DNA of 64,000 bases from Macrostomum lignano (GCA_002269645.1 NIVC01000461.1:248001-312000); one strand, 5' to 3'; shown: positions 1-12,790, counted from the first letter of the stretch. The notes: generated from the letters alone by a model not told the origin. Translations and numbers: made by a program.

Positions 1-1880
1 CGAGGGTTTTTTCTGTTGCTATGACAATCAGATACAGTTGCTATTAGCAACTTGCATGCCTACAGTTGCTATGACAACCTACATTTTCTCTAGACACATT
101 GATGCCAGGCTGGGTTGCAACGTCGCGGGCTTTTTCTGTTGCTATGACAATCAGATACAGTTGCTATAGCAACCTGCATGCCTACAGTTGCTATGACAAC
201 CTACATTTTCTCTAGAAACATTGATGCCAGGCTGGGTTGCAACGTCGAGGGTTTTTTCTGTTGCTATGACAATCAGATACAGTTGCTATTAGCAACCTGC
301 ATGCCTACAGTTGCTATGACAACCTACATTTTCTCTAGACACATTGATGCCAGGCTGGTTTGCAACGTCGAGGGTTTTTTCTGTTGCTATGACAATCAGA
401 TACAGTTGCTATTAGCAACCTGCATGCCTACAGTATCTGATGACAATCAGATACAATTGCTATTAGCAACCTGCATGCCTACAGTTGCTATGACAATCAC
501 ATACAATTGCTATTAGCAACCTGCATACCTACAGTTGCTATGACAATCAAGATACAGTTGCTATAGCAACCTGCATTCCTACAGTTGCTATGTCAATCAA
601 GATACAGTTGCTATTAGCAACCTACATACCTACAGTTGCTATGACAATCAAGATACAGTTGCTATAGCAACCTACATACCTACAGTTGCTATGACAATCA
701 AGATACAGTTGCTATTAGCAACCTACATACCTACAGTTGCTATGACAATCAAGATACAGTTGCTATAGCAACCTACATACCTACAGTTGCTATGACAATC
801 ACATACAGTTGCTATTAGCAACCTACATACCTACAGTTGCTATGACAATCAAGATACAGTTGCTATAGCAAACTACATACCTACAGTTGCTATGACAATC
901 ACATACAGTTGCTATTAGCAACCTACATGCCTACAGTTGCTATGACAATCAAGATACAGTTGCTATAGCAACCTACATACCTACAGTTGCTATGACAATC
1001 AAGATACAGTTGCTATAGCAACCTACATACCTACAGTTGCTATGACAATCAAGATACAGTTGCTATAGCAACCTACATACCTACAGTTGCTATGACAATC
1101 ACATACAGTTGCTATTAGCAACCTACATGCCTACAGTTGCTATGACAATCAAGATACAGTTGCTATTAGCAACCTACGTACCTGCAGTTGCTATAGCAAC
1201 CTACATGCCTACAGTTGCTATGACAACCTACATTTTCTCTAGACACATTGATGCCAGGCTGGGTTGCAACGTCGCGGGTTTTTTCTGTTGCTATGACAAT
1301 CAGATACAGTTGCTATAGCAACCTACATGCCTACAGTTGCTATGACAACCTACATTTTCTCTAGACACATTGATGCCAGGCTGGGTTGCAACGTCGAGGG
1401 TTTTTTCTGTTGCTATGACAATCAGATACAGTTGCTATAGCAACCTACATGCCTACAGTTGCTATGACAACCTACATTTTCTCTAGACACATTGATGCCA
1501 GGCTGGGTTGCAACGTCGAGGGTTTTTTCTGTTGCTATGACAATCAGATACAGTTGCTATTAGCAACCTGCATGCCTACAGTATCTGATGACAATCAGAT
1601 ACAGTTGCTATTAGCAACCTGCATGCCTACAGTTGCTATGACAATCAGATACAGTTGCTATTAGCAACCTGTATGCCTACAGTTGCTATGACAACCTACA
1701 TTTTCTCTAGACACATTGATGCCAGGCTGGGTTGCAACGTCGCGAGTTTTTTCTGTTGCTATGACAATCAGATACAGTTGCTATAGCAACCTACATGCCT
1801 ACAGTTGCTATGACAACCTACATTTTCTCTAGACACATTGATGCCAGGCTGGGTTGCAACGTCGAGGGTTTTTTCTGTTG
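1..1880. repeat. Composite minisatellite: 50-51 bp basic unit plus a 122-123 bp unit containing a ~68 bp cassette
   Basis: Basic unit gcaacctacatacctacagttgctatgacaatcaagatacagttgctata. The cassette acaacctacattttctctagacacattgatgccaggctgggttgcaacgtcgagggttttttctgttgc occurs at about 74, 196, 319, 1223, 1345, 1467, 1691 and 1813. The array runs off the window start. Confidence 0.95.
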
Positions 1881-1905
1881 CACTTTCAAACAGCACGACA
1901 GGCAG
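1833..1905 (+). CDS. Possible internal exon (HIDARLGCNVEGFFCCTFKQHDRQ), gene unidentified
   Basis: Acceptor ttttctctag at 1823-1832, donor gtcagt at 1906, open frame. No convincing in-frame downstream exon was found. Confidence 0.3.
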
Positions 1906-2248
1906 GTCAGTCCTAAAACTGGAGCAGAAGCCCCTCAGGTCTTGAGTAGCTGTCAAAAAATATTTTCTGATTTTACAGGCTCACTGTCAGTTTTCTGGGC
2001 TAATAGCCGCTAAATATTGAGTAAGTCTTTAATGATCTTGGCTCGTCTGCTCAGAGGGAAAATAAGGCAGATCAGTCTCGAATGTGCGCCTAAAAAGGAG
2101 TAAAACACAGGATTTATGATAAATATGTTTGTACAAGCAGAGACATTGTAGCACATGCGGGCAGAAGGGAAGAAAGAATGGCATTTAATTAATAAGAAAG
2201 TCGTTGATTCACACAATGCGGCCAAATAAATATGACTCAACATGGTTG

Positions 2249-2937
2249 AATCAGTCAGTGACTCAAGTTGGTCAAAATCAGTCAGTGACTCAAGTTGGTC
2301 AAAAATCAGTCAGTGACTTAAGTTGGTAAAAAAACAGTCAGTGACTCAAGTTGGTCAAAAATCAGCCAGTGACTCAAGTTGGTCAAAAATCAGCCAGTGA
2401 CTCAAGTTGGTCAAAATCAGTCAGTGACTCAAGTTGGTCAAAAATCAGCCAGTGACTCAAGTTGGTCAAAAATCAGTCAGTGACTCAAGTTGGTCAAAAA
2501 TCAGCCAGTGACTCAAGTTGGTAAAAAATCAGTCAGTGACTCAAGTTGGTCAAAAATCAGTCAGTGACTCAAGTTGGTAAAAAATCAGCCAGTGACTCAA
2601 GTTGGTCAAAAATCAGCCAGTGACTCAAGTTGGTCAAAAATCAGCCAGTGACTCAAGTTGGTCCAAAATCAGTCAGTGACTCAAGTTGGTCCAGAATCAG
2701 TCAGTGACTCAAGTTGGTCAAAAATCAGTCAGTAACTCAAGTTGGTCCAAAATCAGCGAGTGACTCAAGTTGGTCCAAAATCAGCGAGTGACTCAAGTTG
2801 GTCCAAAATCAGCGAGTGACTCAAGTTGGTCCAAAATCAGCGAGTGACTCAAGTTGGTCCAAAATCAGCGAGTGACTCAAGTTGGTCCAAAATCAGCGAG
2901 TGACTCAAGTTGGTCCAAAATCAGCGAGTGACTCAAG
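2249..2937. repeat. 28-29 bp minisatellite, about 24 copies
   Basis: Unit aaaatcag(t/c)cagtgactcaagttggtca, drifting to aaaatcagcgagtgactcaagttggtcc at the 3' end. Confidence 0.95.
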
Positions 2938-2939
2938 AG

Positions 2940-4285
2940 CCCACAGTCAAAGCTACCCGTTATGAAAAGCAAGTCCGCCATTTCCAAGAACACATGACGG
3001 TCAGCAGCCCTACCCTCCCAATCAGTCACTCGTCCTTCGGACAGCCAGCTTATCGAGAAGCAAAAAGTTTGGGTCAAGATCGAATCTTTGGCTGAATGGT
3101 CGTTCTCGAGAATCGGAGGAGAGGAGGCCAGGCTGCTACAGTCTCTAAGATTGTGTACAGAGCGGGAGAGAGAGGGAGAGAGAGCGCCCTTAACTGCATG
3201 CGTTTCCGGCGCTCGCCTAAAAATACGAGGGTACTGTTGTAGCCGAACTGTGACTGGCCAGTTTTCTATGTCAGCGAGTTGGATTCGTCTGAAGGAGGAG
3301 TACATGTAGGTGGGGGGAGGGGGCAGACTTTGACGGGACCTCCGTACCCCCCTCATCCGGACCCCCACTTCATCCCCCACCGCCAAAAATGTAACGCGGT
3401 GGGTGGACTAGCGAATTCGCAAGCTTATAAACTAAGGTTCTACATGACGACTTCATTCGCTGTACCCAATAGTTTGATAAATTCTTGCGTTAGTAGCTGG
3501 CGGACTTGAATTACGACTGTGCTTTCATTGCATCGCTGAACTTCTGGGTGAGTTATGGAAAAGCTATGCACTGCGACTGAATGGGAACGGTGAGGATAGA
3601 GGAGGGCGATGTGTAAATGGGGAGCTGTGTGAATGGGGAGCTGTGTGAATGGGGCGCTGTGTGAATGGGGAGCTGTGTGAATGGGGAGCTGTGTGATGGG
3701 GAGCTGTGTGAATGGGGAGCTGTGTGAATGGGGAGCTGTGTGAATGGGGAGCTGTGTGAATGGGGAGCTGTGTGAATCGGGGCACAGTGAATAGAGAAGG
3801 GCAATGTGTGAATGCAGTGCTGTGTGAATGGGGAGTGGTGTTAAAGGGGCGCTGTGTGAATGGGGCGCTGTGTGTGAATGAAGCGATGTGTGAATCAGGG
3901 GCACAGGGAATAAAGGAGAGCACTGTGTGAATAGGGGCGCTATGAATTGTATGGGCACTGTGAATAAAGGCACTGTGAATGGGTCAAAAGCATCGCTTCA
4001 GCACCCTGTCAGTCTGAGCTCTCGAATATTCTCAGCAGTGAGCTGAAGGTCTTTGCAGTAAGCCCGGGGCAGAGCGAGATAAGGGCAGGGAATCTTAGGG
4101 TCAAGTGTGTTTCTGTGTCCCCAACTGCAGCAGGGTTGAGTGATAAAAAAAGTTTGCAGACTGAGGGAGGGGAGGAGAATGCTGCATACAAACTTACAGA
4201 GTGGGTCTTTGGTTCACTGAAATAGTAGAATTTCTAATGAATGCTCACCAAGATGACGGACAGAGCGAGTTCTTTGCATTAGCTT
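2940..4285. other. Unique GC-moderate sequence with splice-like signals on both strands; possible small exons of an unidentified gene
   Basis: Open minus-strand segments (EVQRCNESTVVIQVRQLLTQEFIKLLG near 3551-3464; RIQLADIENWPVTVRLQQYPRIFR near 3287-3215) and gtgagt/gtaagc motifs. No consistent phase chain could be built. Confidence 0.25.
3608..3982. repeat. 16 bp minisatellite with degenerate edges
   Basis: Unit tgtgaatggggagctg. Confidence 0.9.
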
Positions 4286-4288
4286 TCT

Positions 4289-5250
4289 AACCCGGGTGAT
4301 CAATTAGCTACGAGTACATGACTCACAACCCGGGTGATCAATTAGCTACGAGTACATGACTCACAACCCGGGTGATCAATTAGCTACATGACTCATAACC
4401 CGGGTGATCAATTAGCTACATGACTCATAACCCGGGTCATCAATTAGCTACATGACTCATAACCCGGGTGATCAATTAGCTACATGACTCATAACCCGGT
4501 TAATCAATTAGCTACATGACTCACAACCCGGGTGATCAATTAGCTACGAGTACATGACTCACAACCCGGGTGATCAATTAGCTACATGACTCACAACCCG
4601 GGTGATCAATTAGCTACATGACTCACAACCCGGGTGATCAATTAGCTACATGACTCACAACCCGGGTGATCAATTAGCTACATGACTCACAACCCGGGTG
4701 ATCAATTAGCTACATGACTCACAACCCGGGTGATCAATTAGCTACGAGTACATGACTCACAACCCGGGTAATCAATTGGCTACATGACTCACAACCCGGG
4801 TGATCAATTAGCTACATGACTCACAACCCGGGTGATCAATTAGCTACATGACTCACAACCCGGGTGATCAATTAGCTACATGACTCACAACCCGGGTGAT
4901 CAATTAGCTACGTGACTCATAACCCGGGTGATCAATTAGCTACATGACTCATAACCCGGGTAATCAATTGGCTACATGACTCATAACCTGGGTGATCAAT
5001 TAGCTACATGACTCATAACCCGGGTGATCAATTAGCTACATGACTCATAACCCGGGTAATCAATTGGCTACATGACTCATAACCCGAGTGATCAATTAGC
5101 TACATGACTCATAACCCGGGTAATCAATTAGCTACATGACTCACAACCCGGGTAATCAATTAGCTACATGACTCATAACCCGAGTGATCAATTAGCTACA
5201 TGACTCATAACCCGGGTAATCAATTAGCTACATGACTCATAACCCGGGTG
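4289..5250. repeat. 32 bp minisatellite (38 bp variant), about 29 copies
   Basis: Unit acccgggtgatcaattagctacatgactca(c/t)a; the variant inserts cgagta. Confidence 0.95.
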
Positions 5251-5907
5251 ACTAGATAGCTGCGATGCTCAAGTCTAAGGTGACACTATTGGTTGGAGCA
5301 CTAGCTATAAGCAAATAACGAAGCAATCATAGGTTGCATAAATAATTTTACAAATTGGTGATGAATTTTACATCACGCACAGCTAGCCTCAAATCTCAAA
5401 TTCGGTTCCCTCATGCTCTTCAACAAGACTCGGCCACCCATTGCGTGCCCTGTTTTGTTGTCGATTTGCCTTCACTCAGTTTCCCTCGCTGCGTCGCCAT
5501 CTCACATTTTTGCATTGAAATTCTTTTCGATAGGCTTGTCCCATTGGAATCTGGGACACGGCCACCCTGCAGTTGAAAAAAGGACGAGGGAGACAGAGAG
5601 AGAGAGGGAGGTGCGAAAGGCGAGGAGAATTAGGAATTTAATTCCCCCGAGGGGAGCGGCGGGCTGTGCGCGGCTCTTGCAGTCTTCGAGCTGGCTGTTT
5701 AACCCACCCCTATGGGGTTGGGGGATGAGATGCTGGGGCAAAGCATGGTACGAGTATGGGTGGGCGCAGATTTTCGACTTAAAAAAATTCGCTCTCCCGC
5801 AGCCACTCACAATTGGATTCGAAGCATTTAGAGGATCAGCTGCGATCAGAAATTTTTGCATTCAAATGCAACGTATTAGCGTAGCAACTAAACGACAAAG
5901 CGACGTG

Positions 5908-6168
5908 TAGCAACCGATTGGCAACCGACGCATCCTGTATAGCAACCGATTGGCAACCGACGCATCCTGTATAGCAACCGATTGGCAACCGACGCATCCT
6001 GCTTAGCAACCGATTGGCAACCGACGCATCCTGCTTAGCAACCGATTGGCAACCGACGCATCCTGCTTAGCAACCGATTGGCAACCGACGCATCTTGTAT
6101 AGCAACCGATTGGCAACCGACGCATCCTGCGTAGCAGCTAATTGGCAACCGACGCATTTTGCATAGCA
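5908..6168. repeat. 32 bp minisatellite, about 8 copies
   Basis: Unit tagcaaccgattggcaaccgacgcatcctg(ta/ct). Confidence 0.95.
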
Positions 6169-6226
6169 ACCAAAATACAAAAGTGACGCGTTTCCATAGC
6201 GACCAATCCAAACTACACGTAGCCAA

Positions 6227-6877
6227 ATGGACGACAATTCGTATCCGGCATTTCATCGCAAACAACAGCGGCGCACTTCTTCCCTGGAGGATCTGCTGCT
6301 GCGCCAGAACCAACAACAGCAGCAACAGCAGAAGCAGCAACTGACTCTGCTGCACAATCGCGAACTGAGAGCTTCGGGCAACATTCGGCGGAACGTCTCA
6401 AGCCCGGTGGTGGAAGACAGCGGCAGCCTCAGAGGCGGCTGTTCGCCAGCCGCGAAGAAGCTCGGCCGCTACGTCGACGAGGAGGTGTACAGCGCCTTCA
6501 GCTCGATTGTACCCGACGTTGACAACCGGCGCCGGTGCATCGGTCACGTGATCAAACGCCTAGACGAGGAGATACTGTGCTCAGCCAAGGTGCGCAGCGA
6601 CCTGCAGGCCTACCAGTTAGATTTGTGCGGCTTCCTGTGGCCAAAAGACGGCGAGACTAGCGGAGAAGACGGCGATGCAGCCAGACGGATGCTGGGCAAC
6701 CTGGAGTACAGAGTGGCCACCCTGCGCGACCGACTGCTGTATCCGCTGCACTATCAGCAGCTGATTGACCTCAGCCACCTGTGCGGCTGCATTCATGCGG
6801 TCAGAATGCGCCTGGGCTTTGTTGGCGCCGCCAAGCAGCAGCAGGTGGAAGCAGCGCCGAAGGAAAAGCTGACTTAG
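6227..6877 (+). CDS. Hypothetical protein, 216 aa, poly-Q N-terminus and predicted helical C-terminal domain
   Basis: Non-repetitive ORF with A at -3 (ccaaATGg), GC3-rich codons like the confirmed exons and AT-rich flanks. No family recognised; could also be the last exon of a larger gene (acceptor cacgtag just upstream). Confidence 0.7.
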   Translation: MDDNSYPAFHRKQQRRTSSLEDLLLRQNQQQQQQQKQQLTLLHNRELRASGNIRRNVSSPVVEDSGSLRGGCSPAAKKLGRYVDEEVYSAFSSIVPDVDNRRRCIGHVIKRLDEEILCSAKVRSDLQAYQLDLCGFLWPKDGETSGEDGDAARRMLGNLEYRVATLRDRLLYPLHYQQLIDLSHLCGCIHAVRMRLGFVGAAKQQQVEAAPKEKLT

Positions 6878-7985
6878 TGTGCATTTCGAGCGCCAAGGAG
6901 TGCAAATTTCGCGAGACAGGAGGCTTTCAGTTTTCTAAACGGATTTCGCTAAAGATTTGTTTTTTTTGCAAAGCGCTACAGACAGTCAGGGCCGCTGTAC
7001 ACACTCAAGTAGAAGGACGGGAAACCTCGTTTCTTAGAAAATGTTTATAAAGGCTGGTTTATGCCGGAAGATACACTACAGAGATAGCAAGTTCACTTTT
7101 TCAGCACAAAAATGGTTATTGCTTTTGATTGGAGGCAGATCCAGTGTTCATATTTTGATATGCTGTGCCTTTCTTATTGCTCTATTGAAATTTATAAAGC
7201 TTTTAGTTTAGAAAACAAGAACTCTATGTCAATATTTTATTCCATGTGCATTTATCTGTACCTAAAAATCATAAAAATGCATGGCACAGCTCAAATCTTT
7301 GGTTCTATGAATCTGTTTTATCATCTCTGTGACATAGTCAGCTAAGACTGATAAAGTAGATCCATAAAACCAATGAGCCGAGCCGTGTCATTTTAATGGT
7401 TTTTAGGCACAGGACATGCAATTGTACGTAGAATAAGAAATTACCACAGAATTCTAATTTTCTGAACGAAAAGCCTTATGAATATCAAAAACAGCCATAA
7501 AAAATGCAAAACATATCAAAAGATTACATTTTCTAAGAAAACGTATAGTTTCCCATTCTTCTACTTGAGTAGTCTTGGAGCTTGTAAGTGCATGCTCAGG
7601 ATTCAGCGGAACGGGCCAGAATTTCCACCAGCGCAAGGTGGTGGGACCAGGGAGTTTTACCATAGACAATACAATCGTGGAGAATCTTGTTCAGAAAAAA
7701 TGCACCCAAAAGAGACAGGAGACACAGAAAAACGGACCTGTTAAATTTGCACAACTTGCGAGTGCAGCGTTCTGCTTCAGAGGAGATCAGTTGGAAGCTT
7801 CGGTTTCTCAATACTAAACGCTTAATTTTTCGCCAAGCCACCATGCAATCAGATTTATTGGTAGCAATTAAAAATAACTAAACATTATTTGTTGTTCACT
7901 GCCACGGCCTCTCGTGCCTGTCCAGTCCAAGTCTGTAAATCACTTGATGTACATAGATAACTATTTATCAAACCGCTTCGCTTCG

Positions 7986-9797
7986 CTGTGTCTGTGTATG
8001 TTTGAGTTTTTGTGTACCTGTGTATGTCTGTATTTTTGTGTCTGGATGCATCTGTGTATGTCTGTGTGTATGTCCGTGTATTTCTGTGTGTGTGCCTGTA
8101 TGCATCTGTGTATGTCTGTGTATTTCTGTGTGTGTGCCTGTATGCATCTGTGTATGTCTGTGTGTTTGTGTGTGTGCCTGTATGCATCTGTGTATGTCCG
8201 TGTATTTGTGTGTGTGCCTGTATGCATCTGTGTATGTCCGTGTATTTGTGTGTGTGCCTGTATGCATCTGTGTATGTGTGTGTGTTTGTGTGCCTGTATG
8301 CATCTGTGTATGTCTGTGTGTTTGTGTGCCTGTATGCATCTGTGTATGTCTGTGTGTTTGTGTGCTTGTATGCATCTGTGTATGTCTGTGTGTTTGTGTG
8401 CCTGTATGCATCTGTGTATGTCCGTGTATTTGTGTGTGTGCCTGTATGCATCTGTGTATGTCTGTGTGTTTGTGTGCCTGTATGCATCTGTGTATGTCTG
8501 TGTGTTTGTGTGCCTGTATGCATCTGTGTATGTCTGTGTGTTTGTGTGCCTGTATGCATCTGTGTATGTCCGTGTATTTGTGTGTGCCTGTATGCATCTG
8601 TGTATGTCTGTGTGTTTGTGTGCCTGCATGCATCTGTGCATGTCCGTGTATTTGTGTGTGTGCCTGTATGCATCTGTGTGTATGTCCGTGTATTTGTGTG
8701 TGTGCCTGTATGCATCTGTGTATGTCTGTGTGTTTGTGTGCCTGCATGCATCTGTGCATGTCCGTGTATTTGTGTATGTGTCTGCATGCATCTGTGTATG
8801 TCCGTGTATGTGTCTGCATGCATCTGTGTATGTCCGTGTATGTGTCTGCATGCATCTGTGTATGTCCGTGTATGTGCCTGCATGCATCTGTGTATGTCCG
8901 TGTATGTGTCTGCATGCATCTGTGTATGTCCGTGTATGTGTCTGCATGCATCTGTGTATGTCCGTGTATGTGTCTGCATGCATCTGTGTATGTCCGTGTA
9001 TGTGTCTGCATGCATCTGTGTATGTCCGTGTATGTGCCTGCATGCATCTGTGTATGTCCGTGTATGTGTCTGCATGCATCTGTGTATGTCCGTGTATGTG
9101 TCTGCATGCATCTGTGTATGTCCGTGTATGTGCCTGCATGCATCTGTGTATGTCCGTGTATGTGTCTGCATGCATCTGTGTATGTCCGTGTATGTGTCTG
9201 CATGCATCTGTGTATGTCCGTGTATGTGTCTGCATGCATCTGTGTATGTCCGTGTATGTGTCTGCATGCATCTGTGTATGTCCGTGTATGTGTCTGCATG
9301 CATCTGTGCATGTCCGTGTATGTGACTGCATGCATCTGTGCATGTCCGTGTATGTGTCTGCATGCATCTGTGTATGTCCGTGTATGTGTCTGCATGCATC
9401 TGTGTATGTCCGTGTATGTGTCTGCATGCATCTGTGTATGTCCGTGTATGTGTCTGCATGCATCTGTGTATGTCCGTGTATGTGTCTGCATGCATCTGTG
9501 TATGTCCGTGTATGTGTCTGCATGCATCTGTGTATGTCCGTGTATGTGTCTGCATGCATCTGTGTATGTCCGTGTATGTGTCTGCATGCATCTGTGTATG
9601 TCCGTGTATGTGTCTGCATGCATCTGTGTATGTCCGTGTATGTGTCTGCATGCATCTGTGTATGTCCGTGTATGTGCCTGCATGCATCTGTGTATGTCCG
9701 TGTATGTGTCTGCATGCATCTGTGTATGTCCGTGTATGTGTCTGCATGCATCTGTGTATGTCCGTGTATGTGTCTGCATGCATCTGTGTATGTGTGT
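7986..9797. repeat. TG-rich minisatellite, 32-40 bp units
   Basis: The 3' half is a clean gtatgtccgtgtatgtgtctgcatgcatctgt; the 5' half has longer variant units. Confidence 0.95.
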
Positions 9798-10460
9798 GTT
9801 CTCGTCAGGGTTTGAGCAAAACAATATCAGTTAAAGTACAAGAAAAGTAAGCCGTTTCAGAGGATATAAAAAAGCTACTCTTATGGCTTCTGCAGCCTCA
9901 GTTTTGGTCTTTCCGGCACGCTATTTCTATCCCAATGGATTGGCAACAAAACTCTCGCCAGTCCATTATTGAATTCTTGGATACAGTGGTGCAGAAAAAT
10001 GTCATAAATTTGCTCAGCACATTTCAAATCGATACTGCGTGACAACTCTTAATCTCTTAGAATTGCAACGGGTTTGTGCGCTTATATTCTCGATTCGATT
10101 ATTCTCGTTCGAAAATTAGACAAGCAGCCAGAATAGAGTGACAACTAATGCCTTGATTAGCAATTTATACCGATATGATTTCTGTTTCGAGTTTGTCTGA
10201 GACACTTATCGATTGCATAGTAGCTGGCAAAGCAGTTTCCGTTTTTAATATTAAGTTAGAGATTTAAAAAATATTTTCCTCAACAGGATTATCCAATTAC
10301 TTTGAAGTTGAATCAATTTCCTCGAATCCCATTCGCATTGGCCTCGTGTCAGTGTATAACGATTATTCCAATATATTTTGTCTACACGATAAGCTGCTAA
10401 TACTTAGTAAAGACAGACCGGGTTTTATATAGCATTGCATAGTAATAGTAGTATAGTATT

Positions 10461-10677
10461 GGGGGTTGTAGCCTAGTGGTCAGAGCGTCGGACTCACGAC
10501 TGAAAGGTCGGGGGTTCGATTCTCGACCCACTCGGAACAATTTGTGTCTTTGAGCAAGACACTTAACTCAGCATTGCTTCAGTTCTCCCAGCTGTAAAGT
10601 GGGCGCCAGCATTAGCTGGGGTAATTGAGGGTGTGTGTGGTGACCCCCCCAGTCCTTGGACTGAACAGCCGTACGCA
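10461..10677 (+). mobile_element. tRNA-derived SINE with CORE-like domain, 3' truncated
   Basis: A box TAGCCTAGTGG, B box GGTTCGATTCT, then ctttgagcaagacacttaac...cagttctcccagctgtaaagtggg resembling the MIR/CORE motif. Near-identical to the copies at 34212 and 48122. Confidence 0.85.
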
Positions 10678-10984
10678 GTTTGGAGTTTGTGCAGTTTGGA
10701 GTTTATGCAGTTTGGGGTTTGTGCAGTTTGGAGTTTATGCAGTTTGGAGTTTATGCAGTTTGGGGTTTGTGCAGTTTGGAGTTTATGCAGTTTGGAGTTT
10801 GTGCAGTTTGGAGTTTATGCAGTTTGGAGCTTGTGTTTATGCAGTTTGGAGTTTGTGCAGTTTGGAGTTTATGCAGTTTGGAGTTTATGCAGTTTGGAGT
10901 TTATGCAGTTTGGGGTTTGTGCAGTTTGGAGTTTATGCAGTTTGGAGTTTATGCAGTTTAGAGTTTGTGCAGTTTGGAGCTTGT
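10674..10984. repeat. 16 bp minisatellite abutting the SINE
   Basis: Unit gcagtttggagttt(a/g)t. Confidence 0.95.
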
Positions 10985-12589
10985 GAAACGATCCAAGCAG
11001 TTGTAATTTGGCACACAAGTACTTGGCCTTGCACTCAACTTGAAAGTAAAAAACGCATTAAAATTCCTTACAATCACCATAAATAAGGGTTCAAACTTGG
11101 CAGACAGGGCCCAGTCCAAAACGCACAGAAATGAACACACATATTTCATTACAAACGCAAGTTTATTTCTGTGGGAGAAAGTGCAGGAATTACAGAAATA
11201 ACAGACTGAGCTGATGCGGATGAAATGTGACTGTTTCAAAGAAAAAAAAGAGCAAAAAAAGAACGCACGAGAAAAATGCCCGATTTGTTTTCTTATTCTC
11301 GTATTACACAAAAGTGACAGTTAAAGACCAAAGAATGCTACTAACAGAAGTAGCAAGTTGAAGATGGATGATGTGAATAGCGAGTACGCCCTATATTTGC
11401 TTGAAACCAATCAGTCAATTTAAGTAGCAGCAGATTGGCCTCACTTGTCAAGCACGCTTGGCTTTTTACAGAATACCGCAAAAATAAATTTTTACGCAAC
11501 CAACCAATTAAAGCAATAAAATTCGCTTCTTGTCTACTGAAACTAGCAATAGAAAAGTAGGCTATCTAGCGCATGACATATATTCTGTGGTATTCTGTAA
11601 ATTAAGTTAACGCGAGTTTAGTAACAAATTTATATTAAACAGCAGATTATAGACAGTATCATCAGAAAAAGTAAAAGAGGACGAAGTTACACTGGGAGAG
11701 GGGAAAAAGTACAAGTAATTGTAGAAAAAATAAAGACTAATGCACTTAGCAGTCAACTGGGGTTTGAGAGGGGGCTGAGTTGAGAAGCTGGGACTAAGAG
11801 ATTAAGTTGAAAGATTGCACAAAGGCCAGGTGTCAGTCAGCTTTTCTGTTCCAAGCGCATACAAAGCAGTAATACATGATGCTGTACAATTGAGCACTAC
11901 AATAGCAGAGGATGATGGATAACCGCTAAATCCTAGCAGCAAGAAATGCCGTCTGTCAAAGCCGATGCACTACTACCAAACAGCAGTAGTGCAACTAGCA
12001 TATTAACCAACAAATTATTTTGATAATGCAGATTTTTGTTATAAGATAATTGAGAACAAAAATAGAGAATATTATTACAGACAAACAGAAAAGGTCAATC
12101 AACGAGTAACTACTATATGTTAGCATGCTAAACAAGTAGTATCGAAAGCGTACTATAGCTATTATATACAGATATAGTATGATTATTCAACAGATACGCT
12201 ATGCATCACTGTTTTTATCATAACGACGCGAACACGAAAATTAAAGCTGCCAGGTTTTTTAAAGTACAAAAAATAATTATTATAATAATAGTAGTAATAT
12301 TAGTAGGCTAGCAAAGAAACGAGTTCAATTTATTAACAGTAGCAGTGTGTATATCTGTAAGAAATAACAGGCCACTTATGAGCAAGAGGCTTATATCTTA
12401 GAAGAATAAATAGTTTGCTTCATAGCTGTCAGACAGGGATGGCAATTCTTATAATTATTTCTAAGAAACGGATAAGCCCGTACTTTTAATTCTGTGCGAA
12501 AAAAGGTCAATTTACAAAAAATTGTACTTAAATTTCTGTAATTGTTTTGCAATAATGCTAACTATAGAATATCTCACGTCAACTGTAAA

Positions 12590-12790
12590 TACGTCACTTG
12601 CGTCGCCCTAAAGGCGTTTCAGAGTCCTTTAAGAGTCAATTTGAGACGTTTTGATTGTTTTGAGTCGTATCTGAGGCGTCTAAAGCGCATCTGCGTCACG
12701 TATTGATGAAAACTCTATTTGATCTACTTGAGTTAGTAGAAAGTTAAGCGCTAACACAACGACTCTTGGACAACTAGTAAAAGCTAATTT
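12590..12790. repeat. Dispersed repeat, copy 1 of 3 (unclassified)
   Basis: gagttagtagaaagttaagcgc(t/c)aacacaacga(c/t)tcttggac is shared with 47940-47982, and tttaagagtcaa(t/a)ttgag is shared with 14655-14676. Confidence 0.6.

Noticed and set aside
3215-3555. Plus-strand frames that read well if TAG coded Gln (alternative genetic code)
   Set aside because: The in-frame TAGs mirror CTA codons of an open minus-strand frame, and EMSY terminates at TAG while the other genes use the standard code.
7885-9850. Six 430-630 aa ORFs on both strands
   Set aside because: They are translations of a stop-free TG-rich minisatellite and have no unique coding content.
10461-10535. tRNA gene (also at 34212)
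   Set aside because: The anticodon and acceptor stems do not pair properly, and the sequence continues into a shared SINE body in three copies.
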